From positions 124,652 to 154,442 of the IMG/VR virus record IMGVR_UViG_2690315748_000001: a DNA stretch of 29,791 nucleotides; one strand, written 5' to 3'. The position numbers were made by a program, and so were the translations under genes. The stretch comes from a virus (taxonomy: Duplodnaviria > Heunggongvirae > Uroviricota > Caudoviricetes). The notes beneath the pieces were generated by a model. That model was not told where the DNA came from and did not search any database. It was given only the letters and a program-made list of their open reading frames with translations. Below are positions 17,337 through 27,360 of the stretch, one piece after another; position 1 is the stretch's first letter; the number at the start of each line of letters is the position of its first letter.

Positions 17337-20300
17337 TAGAATCGTCCTCCTTTGGTACGCTTGATCTTGTTGACGATTTGATCGGCAACAGTATCAGCTA
17401 CTTTCTTGTCTGCATTACCGTTTATATTAACTTCAATGTTATATTCGTTTGTTTCGCTAGTACTTGGAGCAACCTGCGCTGCTGACTGTTTGGATACACT
17501 ACGCATGAGATTCGCTGTAGGAATTGTAGTCTTGACTCTATCCATAAATCTAGCAGCATCAAGAATGTGTCCAGTTTGATTCTCGTTCAAGACAATCTCC
17601 TTTTTATGGAGAACAGCAAGCCTACCCTCATCTCCACTCCAATCGCCAGTGTAGCCACCAGTATCAAAGGAGTACAGTGGAGTTTTTCCATCGCTCTTAT
17701 ACCATGTTCCTTTTATCTTGTTGTAAATAGCTCCAATGCTATTACCAAGATTTTGATTCGCATCAAAATAAGTTTTCTTTTCTGCATCTGTTTTAGCTTC
17801 TTGCCAAAGCTTACTGTTTCGTTTCATTTGTGTAATAACATCTTCGTTAGATAGTTCAGTGTTTTTTGGAGTTTTTGCGATTGGTTTGTTGTCTGAATCG
17901 AGGTTGGTTGCCTTGTTTTTAGTGGTAGAGTCAGAGTATGAACCGATTTTCATCGTGCTAAGGTCTTTCATAGCCTTAACAGCTTCTTGTACCTTGTAGG
18001 TAAAGTTTTCAGTTACTTGCTTACCAAGTTCACTCATTTTTCCAGCAACATTTTCATTCCATGTGTTAATCGTCTCGAACATTTCATCGAAGTTTCCGTC
18101 AATAACTTGCTTACGCAACTCTGCAAACTTCTTCTCATTGTTCAGTTCTGCTTCCCAATACTCTTGTTTCTTCTTAGCTTGTTCTTCGAGAGATTTGACT
18201 AGATTATCAAGGTCTTCTTGATATCTTTCTTTTCTTGCTTCAAGTTTTTCTTTTTCTGCATCCAGATCGTCTTCAAGATTTTCTTTTCTCAGATCAATCT
18301 CTCTGTCATGGTTCTTTTCGGCAAGCTCCATTTCCTTGTCGGATAGTTCCTTGACCAGTTCAGCCTTCTTAGACTTGGCTTCATACGAATCGTCCATAGA
18401 AAGCAAGTCAATTTGTTTCTTCAACTCATCAGCTTCTTTTTGGAGTTTCGTAGTATCCTGTTCATGATCTCTAGCCGCTTCTGCTCTGTCGATGAGTTTC
18501 ATTTGTTTGTCATATGCTTCTTGCAAAGCATCCATCTCATCTTCAATTTGTTTCATGCGTTTGTCGTGTGCCTTTTGTTCTGCGTCAATCTTGTTTTGGT
18601 AGTATTTTTCATCAGCTTGTTGCATAAGTTGAAGCTGCTCTTTGTATAAGTCAACATATCGTTCAGCAACATCTTTATAAACAGTCTCGATTTCTTTGTT
18701 TGTATCCTTAATAGCGTTCTCGGTATCCTTCAACTTATCTTTCCACGTTTCAAGCTCATCAGAAATCTTATCAACCATCTCTTGATTGTCACCATACAAA
18801 GCTAATTGATTTTCGAGATACTTAATGTTTGTCTTAATATCGTCTCTTTCACCCATACGAAGAGATGCAATTTGTTTGAGGTAATCAATGCGCTTGCCAT
18901 AGTCTGCATCGTCTTTCAAGTCATATTTAATCTTGTCTTCGATATCAGAGATAGCATCAGCATATTTTTCACTCTCATTAGCCATGCGCCACATGTATTT
19001 TTCGAGTCCTGAATTAGCAATTAATGTTTCAATTTCTTGAATAGTTTCAGCCATATCGAAGATGGCTTGTTTCTTCGCTCTGATCAATGAGTTCAGTTCG
19101 TTGATCTGAGCATTGTTTAGGTTTTTGTTAGTGTCTCTTTCTTTGATAAGAAAATCCAACTCTTGCTTGTTATATTTTTGTTGCTCCTTGACCAGTTTCA
19201 TTTTTTCATTCGCATGATCTCTATACGCTTGTGTCGTACTGTCGTAAAGATTCATTGCATACTCTTGGTAGGCAATATCATCTTCCATTACTTCTCGTTG
19301 CAAGTTGTAAGTATCAAGCGTAGCCTGAACTTGCATCATACGAAGTTCTCCAACCCTAGTTGCAGTTGAATCGGATTCTGAGCCAAGTTCTCTCAGTCTG
19401 TCTTGCGCTTGGTCAATCTCTTGTTGTAGTTCAGCGGCGACTGCTCTTGCTGTTTTGTTTTCATTCTCGTTTTTATTGATTTGAATTAGTCCAGTCTTTT
19501 GAATTTTTTTAGTTTTAATTTGTTTCTGTAAGGAAGCAATCTCTGCATCAATTGCTTTTTTCTTTTGATTAGTTAGATATATTTCTTGGTTTACAGCGTC
19601 TTTATATGCTTTTGTTTGTGATCCATACTCACCTTGGAGTTTTTGTTGTTTTTCAATCTGTCTATTAAGACCTTCTATTGTTTTGGTGTACTTATCAACA
19701 ATATAAATAGCATCTTGAAGTTCTTTCCCTTTGTCTTCTTTTTTTTCTTTCTCTTCTTTAGCAGCAGGAGTAGTCCCTGCTGTAAAGTCTGTTGCGAGGA
19801 TTTTATCCATAGCTTCGATACTGCTCTGGATTTCGCCAATTTGTCTTTCTCCTGTTTTAACAGCTTCTTGTGCTGTTTTAATCTTTTCGTTATATGCTTT
19901 TGTCGATTGGTCAATAACTCGCTTCATCGGATTAAAAGGCAAGCCAGGAAAAGGATTCGTACTGCTGGTGCTTGTTTCTGGCTGGGCAACAAACATTGGG
20001 TTTGAAGGGGCTGCTGATGCACTGTTAGCAATATTTAAAGCTTTCATTTTTTCTTGCAATGACAAAATCTCAGCCTTGTTAGCGCTAATTTGTGTTCTTG
20101 CTGTTTTCAGCGCTTCTACTTGCTGTTGTCTCTTTTGTCGTATATCAGCTTTAAATTCTTTCTCCTTGGTTTTAGCTAATTCCCTTACACTTTGACCAGT
20201 GAGTTTAAGAACACCGTTTTCCACTCTCATGCTTTTGATAAGCTCAGGGTGTTTAGTGATCAAGTCCATCGTTGTATCCAACGACAACTCTTCACCTTCT

Positions 20301-23300
20301 TGCAATGTTCGATACGCAGAGCCAAGGTCGGTAATTTCACCCATTAAAGTATGGACAGGGTTTAACACATCTCCTGCAAAACTAAATGGCTGAATAGGTG
20401 TGTTTTTAATAGCATTGTATGCCTGTGTGTGTTTTAAGATCAGTGCATCGTACATCTGAATCATAGGATTGTTAGGATCAGTCGCCATTAACGAAGCTTT
20501 TATTTCCTCAATTTCTTGTTTGACTCTTTTTAAGTCTTCTTCCGTTTTTGGCGTTGTTATAAGTTCGTCAATAGAAATTCCATGAGATTGAATGTCAGCC
20601 AAAGCTTGATCAATGTAGCTAGGAATGTTCTCTATTGTTGATTTAACATCAGTGCCAAACGTTTCCAAATTGTCAATCATGTTTTGTCTAAGTTGGTCGA
20701 TAAACAAGAATGTGTTAGAATTGGATTCTACCCCTTTTTCACGAGTAGCGATGCTATATGCTTGATCAATAAGTTTAATGATCTCATCAGAGCCAACTTG
20801 AATGGACTCCTTTGTTTTCTTGACATCATCCTGCCAATACTGTCTCATAGCTTCATTATCACGTATCAACCCATCAAGAACTGCCTGTGCTGCTTCTTTG
20901 TTTCGCGTTTGAGGAATGATATTCTGAATAGCTTGATATTGGATTTGGGCATAGTTTTTTTCGTCTTCGGATAGAGAATCATATTCTTTTGATAGTTTAT
21001 TTCTAAACCCTTCAAGAACATCCATATAATTAGACTCATTAATCTCCTGAACTTCGTTATCCAAATATTCTTTAGCAACACTTTGCAATTTCTCTGTTCC
21101 CTCAGAAGCGCCAAGCTGATTCTCTGCATCTTTGATTCTTCTCAGTCTGTCCTCTGTTTCATCAAAACTACCTTCATCAATGTTAATTTTAAGTTGCTCT
21201 TTCTCGTTTTGAAGGATAAGGCTTTCGTTAGCTTTTACCAAAGAGCGAATTTCATCTGCACTCTTGATAACAGCTTCGTTCTTCTCGTTGTAATAAGATA
21301 TTAGTTCTGGCATCGTATCTTTGATTTTATTAACCGTTTCAAGATACTTTTGCTCTTCCTCAGTGTTTCTAGCTGTACCTTTTGCTTGAAGGTCAGCGAA
21401 GTCATTCAGATCAAAATCTTTCTGTTCAAATGTTTCTTTATAGCTTGCTTGAAACTCTTTTTGTTTAGAGATTTCAGCGTCCAGAACTTTCAGTCGCTCT
21501 TTCCTTGCTCTTGATTCCATAGTAAACGCCTTATAAATAAGACTAGCCGCTTCACCAATCGCAAGCATAACGCCAATATAAGGTATAAATTTAGGAATCA
21601 GCTTAACAGCATTGAGAATCCATCCACCCAATCCTTTAAAAGCCCCACCAAGACCTCCAACATTCAGAACAGCTTCGCGAAGACCCTTGCTTCCCAAAAG
21701 ACCAAGCAAACCACCAATTACCGAAACAAGCGGCAATGCTCCAGTAATTTCGACCAACTTCGTCATAGCATCAATAATGGCTGTAAGTGCGTCAATAAAT
21801 AACTTAACTGCATCATCGTCAATTACAGTAGTCCAGAAATGTTCAAGAGCGTTCTTTAATTGTCCAATCTTATATTCAAAACCATCCATGTAAGTATCAA
21901 ATTCTTTTGCAGCAGAACCAGCAGAATTGGAAGCAGTTTTAGCGGCTTTATCTGCATCATCCCAGTTTTGAATGATTGCGGCTACAACGTTACCTTGCTG
22001 TTTACCACCCATTTTTTCTGTAAGGTCTGCACGTTCCAAATCGGTAAGCCTATTCCAAACACCTTCAACTTGTTCGAAAATTTTGTAAGTTGATTTGAAT
22101 GTTTTCCCATCGTCTTCCATTACTTTAAGTGCTTTATCACCCATTAATCCAAATTCCTTGTTGATTCGATCAAATGTGATTTGAAGACTAGAACCAAGTT
22201 CTTCAACCGCTTCTCCCTCTTCTGAAACACCACGAAGTCTCATTGCCACTGTTTTGAGTGCGTTACCAACTTTTGAAGGATTTTGAATAACTGCGTTTGC
22301 GGAAGCAGCGAGGGCAACAGATTCTTCCATAGAGTTACCAGCTTGATGCAGAACAGCAGCACTACGAGTCATTACCTCCCCGATTCCTTCCGCTGAAATA
22401 GCGAAATTGTTCGACACTTCATTGAACATGTCTACAACTTTACGAACATTTTTACCAGCTTTATCCACTTCAACTCCGAAACCTTGAATTGTACCTGTGA
22501 GATTATCGCTAGCTGTCTCTACATTCATATCACCTACGTTGGCATATAAAAGGCTATTTTTACTAAGACTTGTCGATTGTTCGAGAGTATATCCAAGCTT
22601 TTGGAATGCGGTTGTTGCATTAATTACATCAGTTGCCACAACACCTAAGTCTCTACCCATCTCAGATGCAGTAGTTTTAAACTCTTCAAGTTGTTGAGAG
22701 CTTGCTTCTGAAACTTTTGACAAGTTGATCATTGCTGCATCAATATCAAGAATAGACTGGAAGCCTTGTCTTATCTGTTCCATTGTTCCATAAACAAGGT
22801 TCATTGCTGCCGCCCAAATTGGTGCTTTCTTGAGTGCATTCACAAGTTGACCAGACATTGAATTTCTTCTACGAGAATCTTCTTCACGCAATCTGCGAGA
22901 CTGAGAGTTAAGTCTGTTCATAGCTGTTTCTATTTCTTTTGTGGCATCCTTAAACTCATCTCCAACCTTATCACCAAGACCATTAACCATTCGTTCAATT
23001 TCTTTAATGGTTTCTTTGATCTTTCTCGCTTCGGAAGAATTTTCACTAAAACCTCGTGTTGCACGATAGCTTGCGCTCTCAAATTTATCTCTAATTCGTT
23101 GAGTTGCTGAACTTCTTCCGTTCTCATCACTTTCAACATCTCTTTGGCGTTGCGCTAATCGTTTCAAGGCTTGAATGCGTTGTTGTATTGCTCTTTGCTC
23201 ATCGTAAGAAAGTTGTGTTCCACGCTCTCTAAGTTCATTAATTTCTCGTTGGATGCTTATGGCTTCCTGTTCAATAGCGTTCAGCTTAGTTGCGTCTTGA

Positions 23301-25348
23301 ATTTGGCGAGTTGCATTATGAACGACCTCAGCTATACTATCAGCATATCTATCAGCAGATTTCACAGCACTTTGTTGATGTTCTGCGATAACTCTACGAA
23401 TCTTTTCTTCGTCTTTTCCAGCACTAACAATGTCGTCATTGAGCTTTGCAAGTTTTCTCATTTCGTCTTCGATCAACGCAATGTCTTTCTTGGACGAACT
23501 GAAATCAAGCATATTGTTCATACCCTTGACATCATCAAGAACATTGTCTGGAACCGTACCTCTCATGCTCTCAATCTTATTGTTATTTTTTGCTTTGGTA
23601 ATATCGCGTGTCTCTTGACGCTCTCCACGTTTCGTAGACAAGTCGTTCAGTCTCTTCATCTGCGTCTCGACACGCTTTAAATCCTGCTCATACGTCTTAG
23701 AATCGGCGCTAAGAGACTGCATGGACTTTCTGACACCATCGAACTCATTGTCGCTTACGAAGCCCTCAGCCTTAATCTTGTCGATCTCCTTGCCCCAATC
23801 GTGAGTGCTAACACGAATCTTGCGCTGTTTAGCATCCATGTCTTCATAGCGACTTGTGATCTTACTCATTTCACTGTCGATAGCGTTCAATTCTTTCTGA
23901 ACATCCAGCTTGTCTACATATTCACTTTGAGCAAGACGACCAAGTTCACGAAGCTTGTTTTCGATCTTTTCGAAATCTTTCGCATCAATAAAGCCAGAGT
24001 CAACCATCTTACCTTTCTTCTGACTAATTTCATCAGACTTATCGTTGACAAGTCCAGTACGTTCACGAACATCATGTTCTCTTTCTTTCTTCTCATGAGA
24101 AAGTCTTCCTCTTTCATTTTCAGTATCAGAAAGGTGTTGCTGAAGGTTTTTAAGGTCTTCCGCTTCTTTCACTTGAAGCTTCTCTTTCTGAATTGCTTCC
24201 GCTTGTTTTCTCAGCATATCATCATACACTTTGTTTACACGCTTCAAAGCATTTTCCAATTGAAGCATATTGTCAGAAGCTTTAACGCTATCTACAGCTT
24301 CATTCAACTTGGCTGTATCTTTTGTTGATGCATACTTTTTGTCGATCTTACCGCTGTTGACCTTCTTGTCGATCTTGTCGTATTCGTTTGCAACTTTACG
24401 ACCAAACGCAACCTTCTTCTCTTGACCTTGAATCTTAGCAAACTGATTCTGGATCTCTTGAAGTTTCTTTTGCAGTTGATCCAAGTTCTTAAAGTCGCCA
24501 GCATCAAGTTCTCCAACTAAACGACCCATCTTCTTCTTAGAAGCAGGATTAGCAAAGTTCTGCTTCTCAACATCAGCAAGCTTATTAGACCATTTGATTG
24601 CTTCTTTAACTTGCGTCTCTCTTGTCTTATTGACTTCCATCATTTCGCGTTCAAGCTTGTCATAATACTCGATCAAGTCATTGATTGCTTTTACTTCATC
24701 ATGGAATCCTTCATCGCCATTAGCCAACTTTGTATGGAGCATAGACAAACGTTCAGTAAGCTTTGCAACATCATTCAAACTAGATTTGGTTACATTCTTC
24801 ATGGAATCAATCTTGTTCATGGCTTTAGTTACATAGCTATCTAACGCAGAGAAATTACGAGTATCAACAGGGGATTTTTCAATAATTTCATTTCTCTCAT
24901 TAGTTCCTTTAGACTGTGTTTTATTGGAGAACTTGTCTCCTGTCTTAGTAGTACGCATTTTATTGCCAGCATTATCAGTCCTGTCAATAACACTCATAAG
25001 ACCTTTGTATTCGTCCTGAACCTCTTTCAGCTTTTTCTTTGCTTCACCTAAAGACTTCGTAAGATCATTACCAACTTCCGATAAGTCGATTTTTGACATG
25101 CCTTCTAGTTTTTCTTTGATGTTCGTAGCATCTTTAAGATCATTTTTAAGACCAAAGTCGATATCGAGTTTGCCTAACTTCGAAAAAAGGTCTTGAATTG
25201 TTCTGATTTGCTTGAAAACGACATCCTTATTTCCGATAATCATATTTAGTTTTAACTTGTATGAGTCACCAATATTTTCGATAGACCTTTTTATGTCATT
25301 CTCAGCGTTCGTCATATCTACGCCAATCAGAATATTAAAATCCGACAT
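17336..25348 (-). CDS. Tail tape measure protein (2670 aa)
   Basis: Very long helical/coiled-coil ORF with a TP901-type core (IDAAMINLSKV...FQKLGY...YANVGDM...FNEVSNNFAIS...VGNALKTVAMRL), a hydrophobic central segment, and C-terminal FDTGGYTG...LAVLHKKEIVLN. Located upstream of Dit. Confidence 0.95.
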   Translation of the reverse strand: MSDFNILIGVDMTNAENDIKRSIENIGDSYKLKLNMIIGNKDVVFKQIRTIQDLFSKLGKLDIDFGLKNDLKDATNIKEKLEGMSKIDLSEVGNDLTKSLGEAKKKLKEVQDEYKGLMSVIDRTDNAGNKMRTTKTGDKFSNKTQSKGTNERNEIIEKSPVDTRNFSALDSYVTKAMNKIDSMKNVTKSSLNDVAKLTERLSMLHTKLANGDEGFHDEVKAINDLIEYYDKLEREMMEVNKTRETQVKEAIKWSNKLADVEKQNFANPASKKKMGRLVGELDAGDFKNLDQLQKKLQEIQNQFAKIQGQEKKVAFGRKVANEYDKIDKKVNSGKIDKKYASTKDTAKLNEAVDSVKASDNMLQLENALKRVNKVYDDMLRKQAEAIQKEKLQVKEAEDLKNLQQHLSDTENERGRLSHEKKEREHDVRERTGLVNDKSDEISQKKGKMVDSGFIDAKDFEKIENKLRELGRLAQSEYVDKLDVQKELNAIDSEMSKITSRYEDMDAKQRKIRVSTHDWGKEIDKIKAEGFVSDNEFDGVRKSMQSLSADSKTYEQDLKRVETQMKRLNDLSTKRGERQETRDITKAKNNNKIESMRGTVPDNVLDDVKGMNNMLDFSSSKKDIALIEDEMRKLAKLNDDIVSAGKDEEKIRRVIAEHQQSAVKSADRYADSIAEVVHNATRQIQDATKLNAIEQEAISIQREINELRERGTQLSYDEQRAIQQRIQALKRLAQRQRDVESDENGRSSATQRIRDKFESASYRATRGFSENSSEARKIKETIKEIERMVNGLGDKVGDEFKDATKEIETAMNRLNSQSRRLREEDSRRRNSMSGQLVNALKKAPIWAAAMNLVYGTMEQIRQGFQSILDIDAAMINLSKVSEASSQQLEEFKTTASEMGRDLGVVATDVINATTAFQKLGYTLEQSTSLSKNSLLYANVGDMNVETASDNLTGTIQGFGVEVDKAGKNVRKVVDMFNEVSNNFAISAEGIGEVMTRSAAVLHQAGNSMEESVALAASANAVIQNPSKVGNALKTVAMRLRGVSEEGEAVEELGSSLQITFDRINKEFGLMGDKALKVMEDDGKTFKSTYKIFEQVEGVWNRLTDLERADLTEKMGGKQQGNVVAAIIQNWDDADKAAKTASNSAGSAAKEFDTYMDGFEYKIGQLKNALEHFWTTVIDDDAVKLFIDALTAIIDAMTKLVEITGALPLVSVIGGLLGLLGSKGLREAVLNVGGLGGAFKGLGGWILNAVKLIPKFIPYIGVMLAIGEAASLIYKAFTMESRARKERLKVLDAEISKQKEFQASYKETFEQKDFDLNDFADLQAKGTARNTEEEQKYLETVNKIKDTMPELISYYNEKNEAVIKSADEIRSLVKANESLILQNEKEQLKINIDEGSFDETEDRLRRIKDAENQLGASEGTEKLQSVAKEYLDNEVQEINESNYMDVLEGFRNKLSKEYDSLSEDEKNYAQIQYQAIQNIIPQTRNKEAAQAVLDGLIRDNEAMRQYWQDDVKKTKESIQVGSDEIIKLIDQAYSIATREKGVESNSNTFLFIDQLRQNMIDNLETFGTDVKSTIENIPSYIDQALADIQSHGISIDELITTPKTEEDLKRVKQEIEEIKASLMATDPNNPMIQMYDALILKHTQAYNAIKNTPIQPFSFAGDVLNPVHTLMGEITDLGSAYRTLQEGEELSLDTTMDLITKHPELIKSMRVENGVLKLTGQSVRELAKTKEKEFKADIRQKRQQQVEALKTARTQISANKAEILSLQEKMKALNIANSASAAPSNPMFVAQPETSTSSTNPFPGLPFNPMKRVIDQSTKAYNEKIKTAQEAVKTGERQIGEIQSSIEAMDKILATDFTAGTTPAAKEEKEKKEDKGKELQDAIYIVDKYTKTIEGLNRQIEKQQKLQGEYGSQTKAYKDAVNQEIYLTNQKKKAIDAEIASLQKQIKTKKIQKTGLIQINKNENENKTARAVAAELQQEIDQAQDRLRELGSESDSTATRVGELRMMQVQATLDTYNLQREVMEDDIAYQEYAMNLYDSTTQAYRDHANEKMKLVKEQQKYNKQELDFLIKERDTNKNLNNAQINELNSLIRAKKQAIFDMAETIQEIETLIANSGLEKYMWRMANESEKYADAISDIEDKIKYDLKDDADYGKRIDYLKQIASLRMGERDDIKTNIKYLENQLALYGDNQEMVDKISDELETWKDKLKDTENAIKDTNKEIETVYKDVAERYVDLYKEQLQLMQQADEKYYQNKIDAEQKAHDKRMKQIEDEMDALQEAYDKQMKLIDRAEAARDHEQDTTKLQKEADELKKQIDLLSMDDSYEAKSKKAELVKELSDKEMELAEKNHDREIDLRKENLEDDLDAEKEKLEARKERYQEDLDNLVKSLEEQAKKKQEYWEAELNNEKKFAELRKQVIDGNFDEMFETINTWNENVAGKMSELGKQVTENFTYKVQEAVKAMKDLSTMKIGSYSDSTTKNKATNLDSDNKPIAKTPKNTELSNEDVITQMKRNSKLWQEAKTDAEKKTYFDANQNLGNSIGAIYNKIKGTWYKSDGKTPLYSFDTGGYTGDWSGDEGRLAVLHKKEIVLNENQTGHILDAARFMDRVKTTIPTANLMRSVSKQSAAQVAPSTSETNEYNIEVNINGNADKKVADTVADQIVNKIKRTKGGRF

Positions 25349-25377
25349 TAATAAACACTCCCTTTATGCTAAAATAA

Positions 25378-25409
25378 AAAACAAAAAAGGAGTGTTTATC
25401 ACACTCCTT
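25378..25409 (-). terminator. Intrinsic terminator upstream of the tape measure gene
   Basis: Minus strand AAGGAGTGT-GATAA-ACACTCCTT followed by TTTTGTTTTTT. Confidence 0.8.
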
Positions 25410-25414
25410 CAAAG

Positions 25415-25840
25415 TTATTCGTATTGAATTTCTTCAACGATCTCGCACCATCTGTCGTACTCTAAAGCTTCTCTACCTTTAAAAGTCTTATCGCAGTTCA
25501 AAATTATATCTTTTATTAGCAGGAGCATTTCCTTGCGTTCTTCTGTTTCGTCAATAACGAAATCCTCATTCAGAAGCTTAAAGTACTCTCTATTGAATGC
25601 TGTACGATCTGGAACATCGTACATTTGTTTATCTCCATCTTGTATAATAATGGGATTACCTTCTTCGTCGAATCTAGCAAACTCTTTAATCAGTTCCACA
25701 TGTTCTTCTTTTACAAGTTGGATTCGTTCAGCCAAAACACGCTTTACAAACCGAGTTCGCAAACGAGACTCATAACTTGGCAATTCCAATCCCATCAGAA
25801 ATTTCGCAAAATCTTCAACTTCATCGTTCTTCATCTTCAC
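25415..25840 (-). CDS. DUF1617-like phage protein (141 aa)
   Basis: MKMKNDEV..F.KFL..LEL...ESRLRTRFVK...LIKEFARFDEEGNP pattern, recalled as DUF1617-like. The GTG at 25840 has SD AAGGAGTG. Confidence 0.55.
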   Translation of the reverse strand: MKMKNDEVEDFAKFLMGLELPSYESRLRTRFVKRVLAERIQLVKEEHVELIKEFARFDEEGNPIIIQDGDKQMYDVPDRTAFNREYFKLLNEDFVIDETEERKEMLLLIKDIILNCDKTFKGREALEYDRWCEIVEEIQYE

Positions 25841-25860
25841 GAAAAACACTCCTTTTTCTC

Positions 25861-26862
25861 TTATAGTTCAAACTTCTTCTTAGCATCTTGAAGCTTCTTC
25901 ATATCACGCTTGATATAATGCTTCAAGGTTGTGTCTGGACTTCTATGATTCAGTAGTTCTTGAACATCCTCCAAGGACATGCCCTTATTGAACAACAACG
26001 AACTACCACTATGCCTAAAATCATGGGGGTGTAGTTCGGGAACATCAATGATCTGTCCGATCTTCTTTGTCCAATACGTTTGCATTAAATTCTTACTCGC
26101 TTGCTTCCATTCCCCACCATACTTTGTAATGAACAAATATTCAGACTCTATCTCATTCTCCTTGCGATAATCTAACCACTTTCTAATAAGCTTCATAGTC
26201 TCATCAGAACAGTATCCATCAACAATATATCCTTCTTTTTCTTTGATCCCCGAAATCATTCCTGTTTCGAAATCAATCTGGTCAACCTTTATATTGCAGA
26301 CTGCATTAACACGAAGCATTGTTGACAATGACAGTTCGAAGTACAGTTGCAATTGCAGATCGTCATTTTTGCTGAAATGCTTCCTGATCTGATCTAATTG
26401 TGATTCCGACAAGTAAGTCTGTGTAATTTGTGGCTTCTCTCCTGCTCTAACAGAAGGTCTTTCGATGTAGTCCAAAGGATTGGATTTGATTTTCCGTTTT
26501 TTGAGTAGATAAAGAAAAAACGAGGAAATGGAACTCAGTCTCCGCTGAATCCTTCGCTCGTTATTACCAAGAACTGTGACACAAAACGCCACGTAATCTT
26601 CTATTAGATCAACCATATCCTCAATGCCATCTTCGTCTTTCAGCATTATTAGAATATCCTCTGTCATTAAACTACCTTTGCCAAACTTATCATTAATAAA
26701 TACCAACCATTGATTGAAGTCTGACTCGTAACTCGTTTTAGAAGAGTCACTAAGATTCATATTCTTGTAATTAAAATATTTCTGTATATGCATTTTATTT
26801 TCGTCAGATACTTTAGCAAGCTTGTCTTTGGTGACATACCTGACGTATTTTCTTTTCGCCAT
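25861..26862 (-). CDS. Tyrosine recombinase (XerC/D-like; SPbeta YomM-type position), 333 aa
   Basis: Catalytic set visible: TMLR (R), GIKEK (K), HPHDFRH (HxxR), LLNHRS (H), TTLKHY (Y). N-terminal core-binding domain (SDSSKTSYESDFNQW). ATG 26862 has SD GAGGTG. Confidence 0.9.
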   Translation of the reverse strand: MAKRKYVRYVTKDKLAKVSDENKMHIQKYFNYKNMNLSDSSKTSYESDFNQWLVFINDKFGKGSLMTEDILIMLKDEDGIEDMVDLIEDYVAFCVTVLGNNERRIQRRLSSISSFFLYLLKKRKIKSNPLDYIERPSVRAGEKPQITQTYLSESQLDQIRKHFSKNDDLQLQLYFELSLSTMLRVNAVCNIKVDQIDFETGMISGIKEKEGYIVDGYCSDETMKLIRKWLDYRKENEIESEYLFITKYGGEWKQASKNLMQTYWTKKIGQIIDVPELHPHDFRHSGSSLLFNKGMSLEDVQELLNHRSPDTTLKHYIKRDMKKLQDAKKKFEL

Positions 26863-26874
26863 TTCTATCACCTC

Positions 26875-27355
26875 TTATTCATATGACCTTCCAAGAGTTG
26901 AAACCATAGTCCCTTTATTCAACCTTCTCTTCGTAGCGCTAATGAAGTCTCTAGGCTGCGCATAAGGCATGTGTTCGGAATGAGAATAGTAAAAGATATT
27001 CTGAGTCAAATCCATATGATTTTCGCTTTTTTTTTTTTGACCTAACACAACAAGTGGGTCAAATAAATCTCTGACTACCTTTAAAATTGGTCTTCGTATT
27101 ATTGTAGATTTCGTAATCAAATCCACCACGCCTATTACTACTTGAGAGGATTTGCCAATTGATATTATCTTCATCAAGCAAACCACCAGAATACCTTCTT
27201 CGTGAGTATTGATATGTTTCATAAACCTTATAAACTTCATCCAAAGTAGCCTGTACCATTTGCGTCTTTGCATAAGTCATCACATCTTTTCTCATACCTT
27301 CCTTAGCCTTCGCCAATACAGCCTTCCTTAATGAATCAAAATTCTTGTGTGACAT
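26875..27355 (-). pseudogene. Frameshifted phage structural gene (~159 aa if joined; possibly HK97 gp10-like)
   Basis: The ORF from 27355 (SD GGAGTG) stops at 27059. The +1 frame continues RDLFDPLVVLG...QPRDFISATKRRL to 26875. The span is 481 = 3x160+1, and the shift is near AATTTTAAAG (27079-27088). Confidence 0.6.
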
Positions 27356-27360
27356 TCACA

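Noticed and set aside
7725-26871. ORF-track starts at 7791, 10251, 25849 and 26871
   Set aside because: The first two lie inside terminator hairpins and the other two overlap the SD. The downstream starts 7725, 10203, 25840 and 26862 fit the SD placement better.
27027-27038. A12 tract as a phase-variation switch that rescues the frameshifted gene
   Set aside because: The first frame already stops at 27059-27061, upstream of the tract, so length changes cannot restore the fusion.
27079-27088. T TTA AAG as a -1 slippery heptamer
   Set aside because: It is in phase only with the downstream frame, so a -1 slip would go the wrong way.
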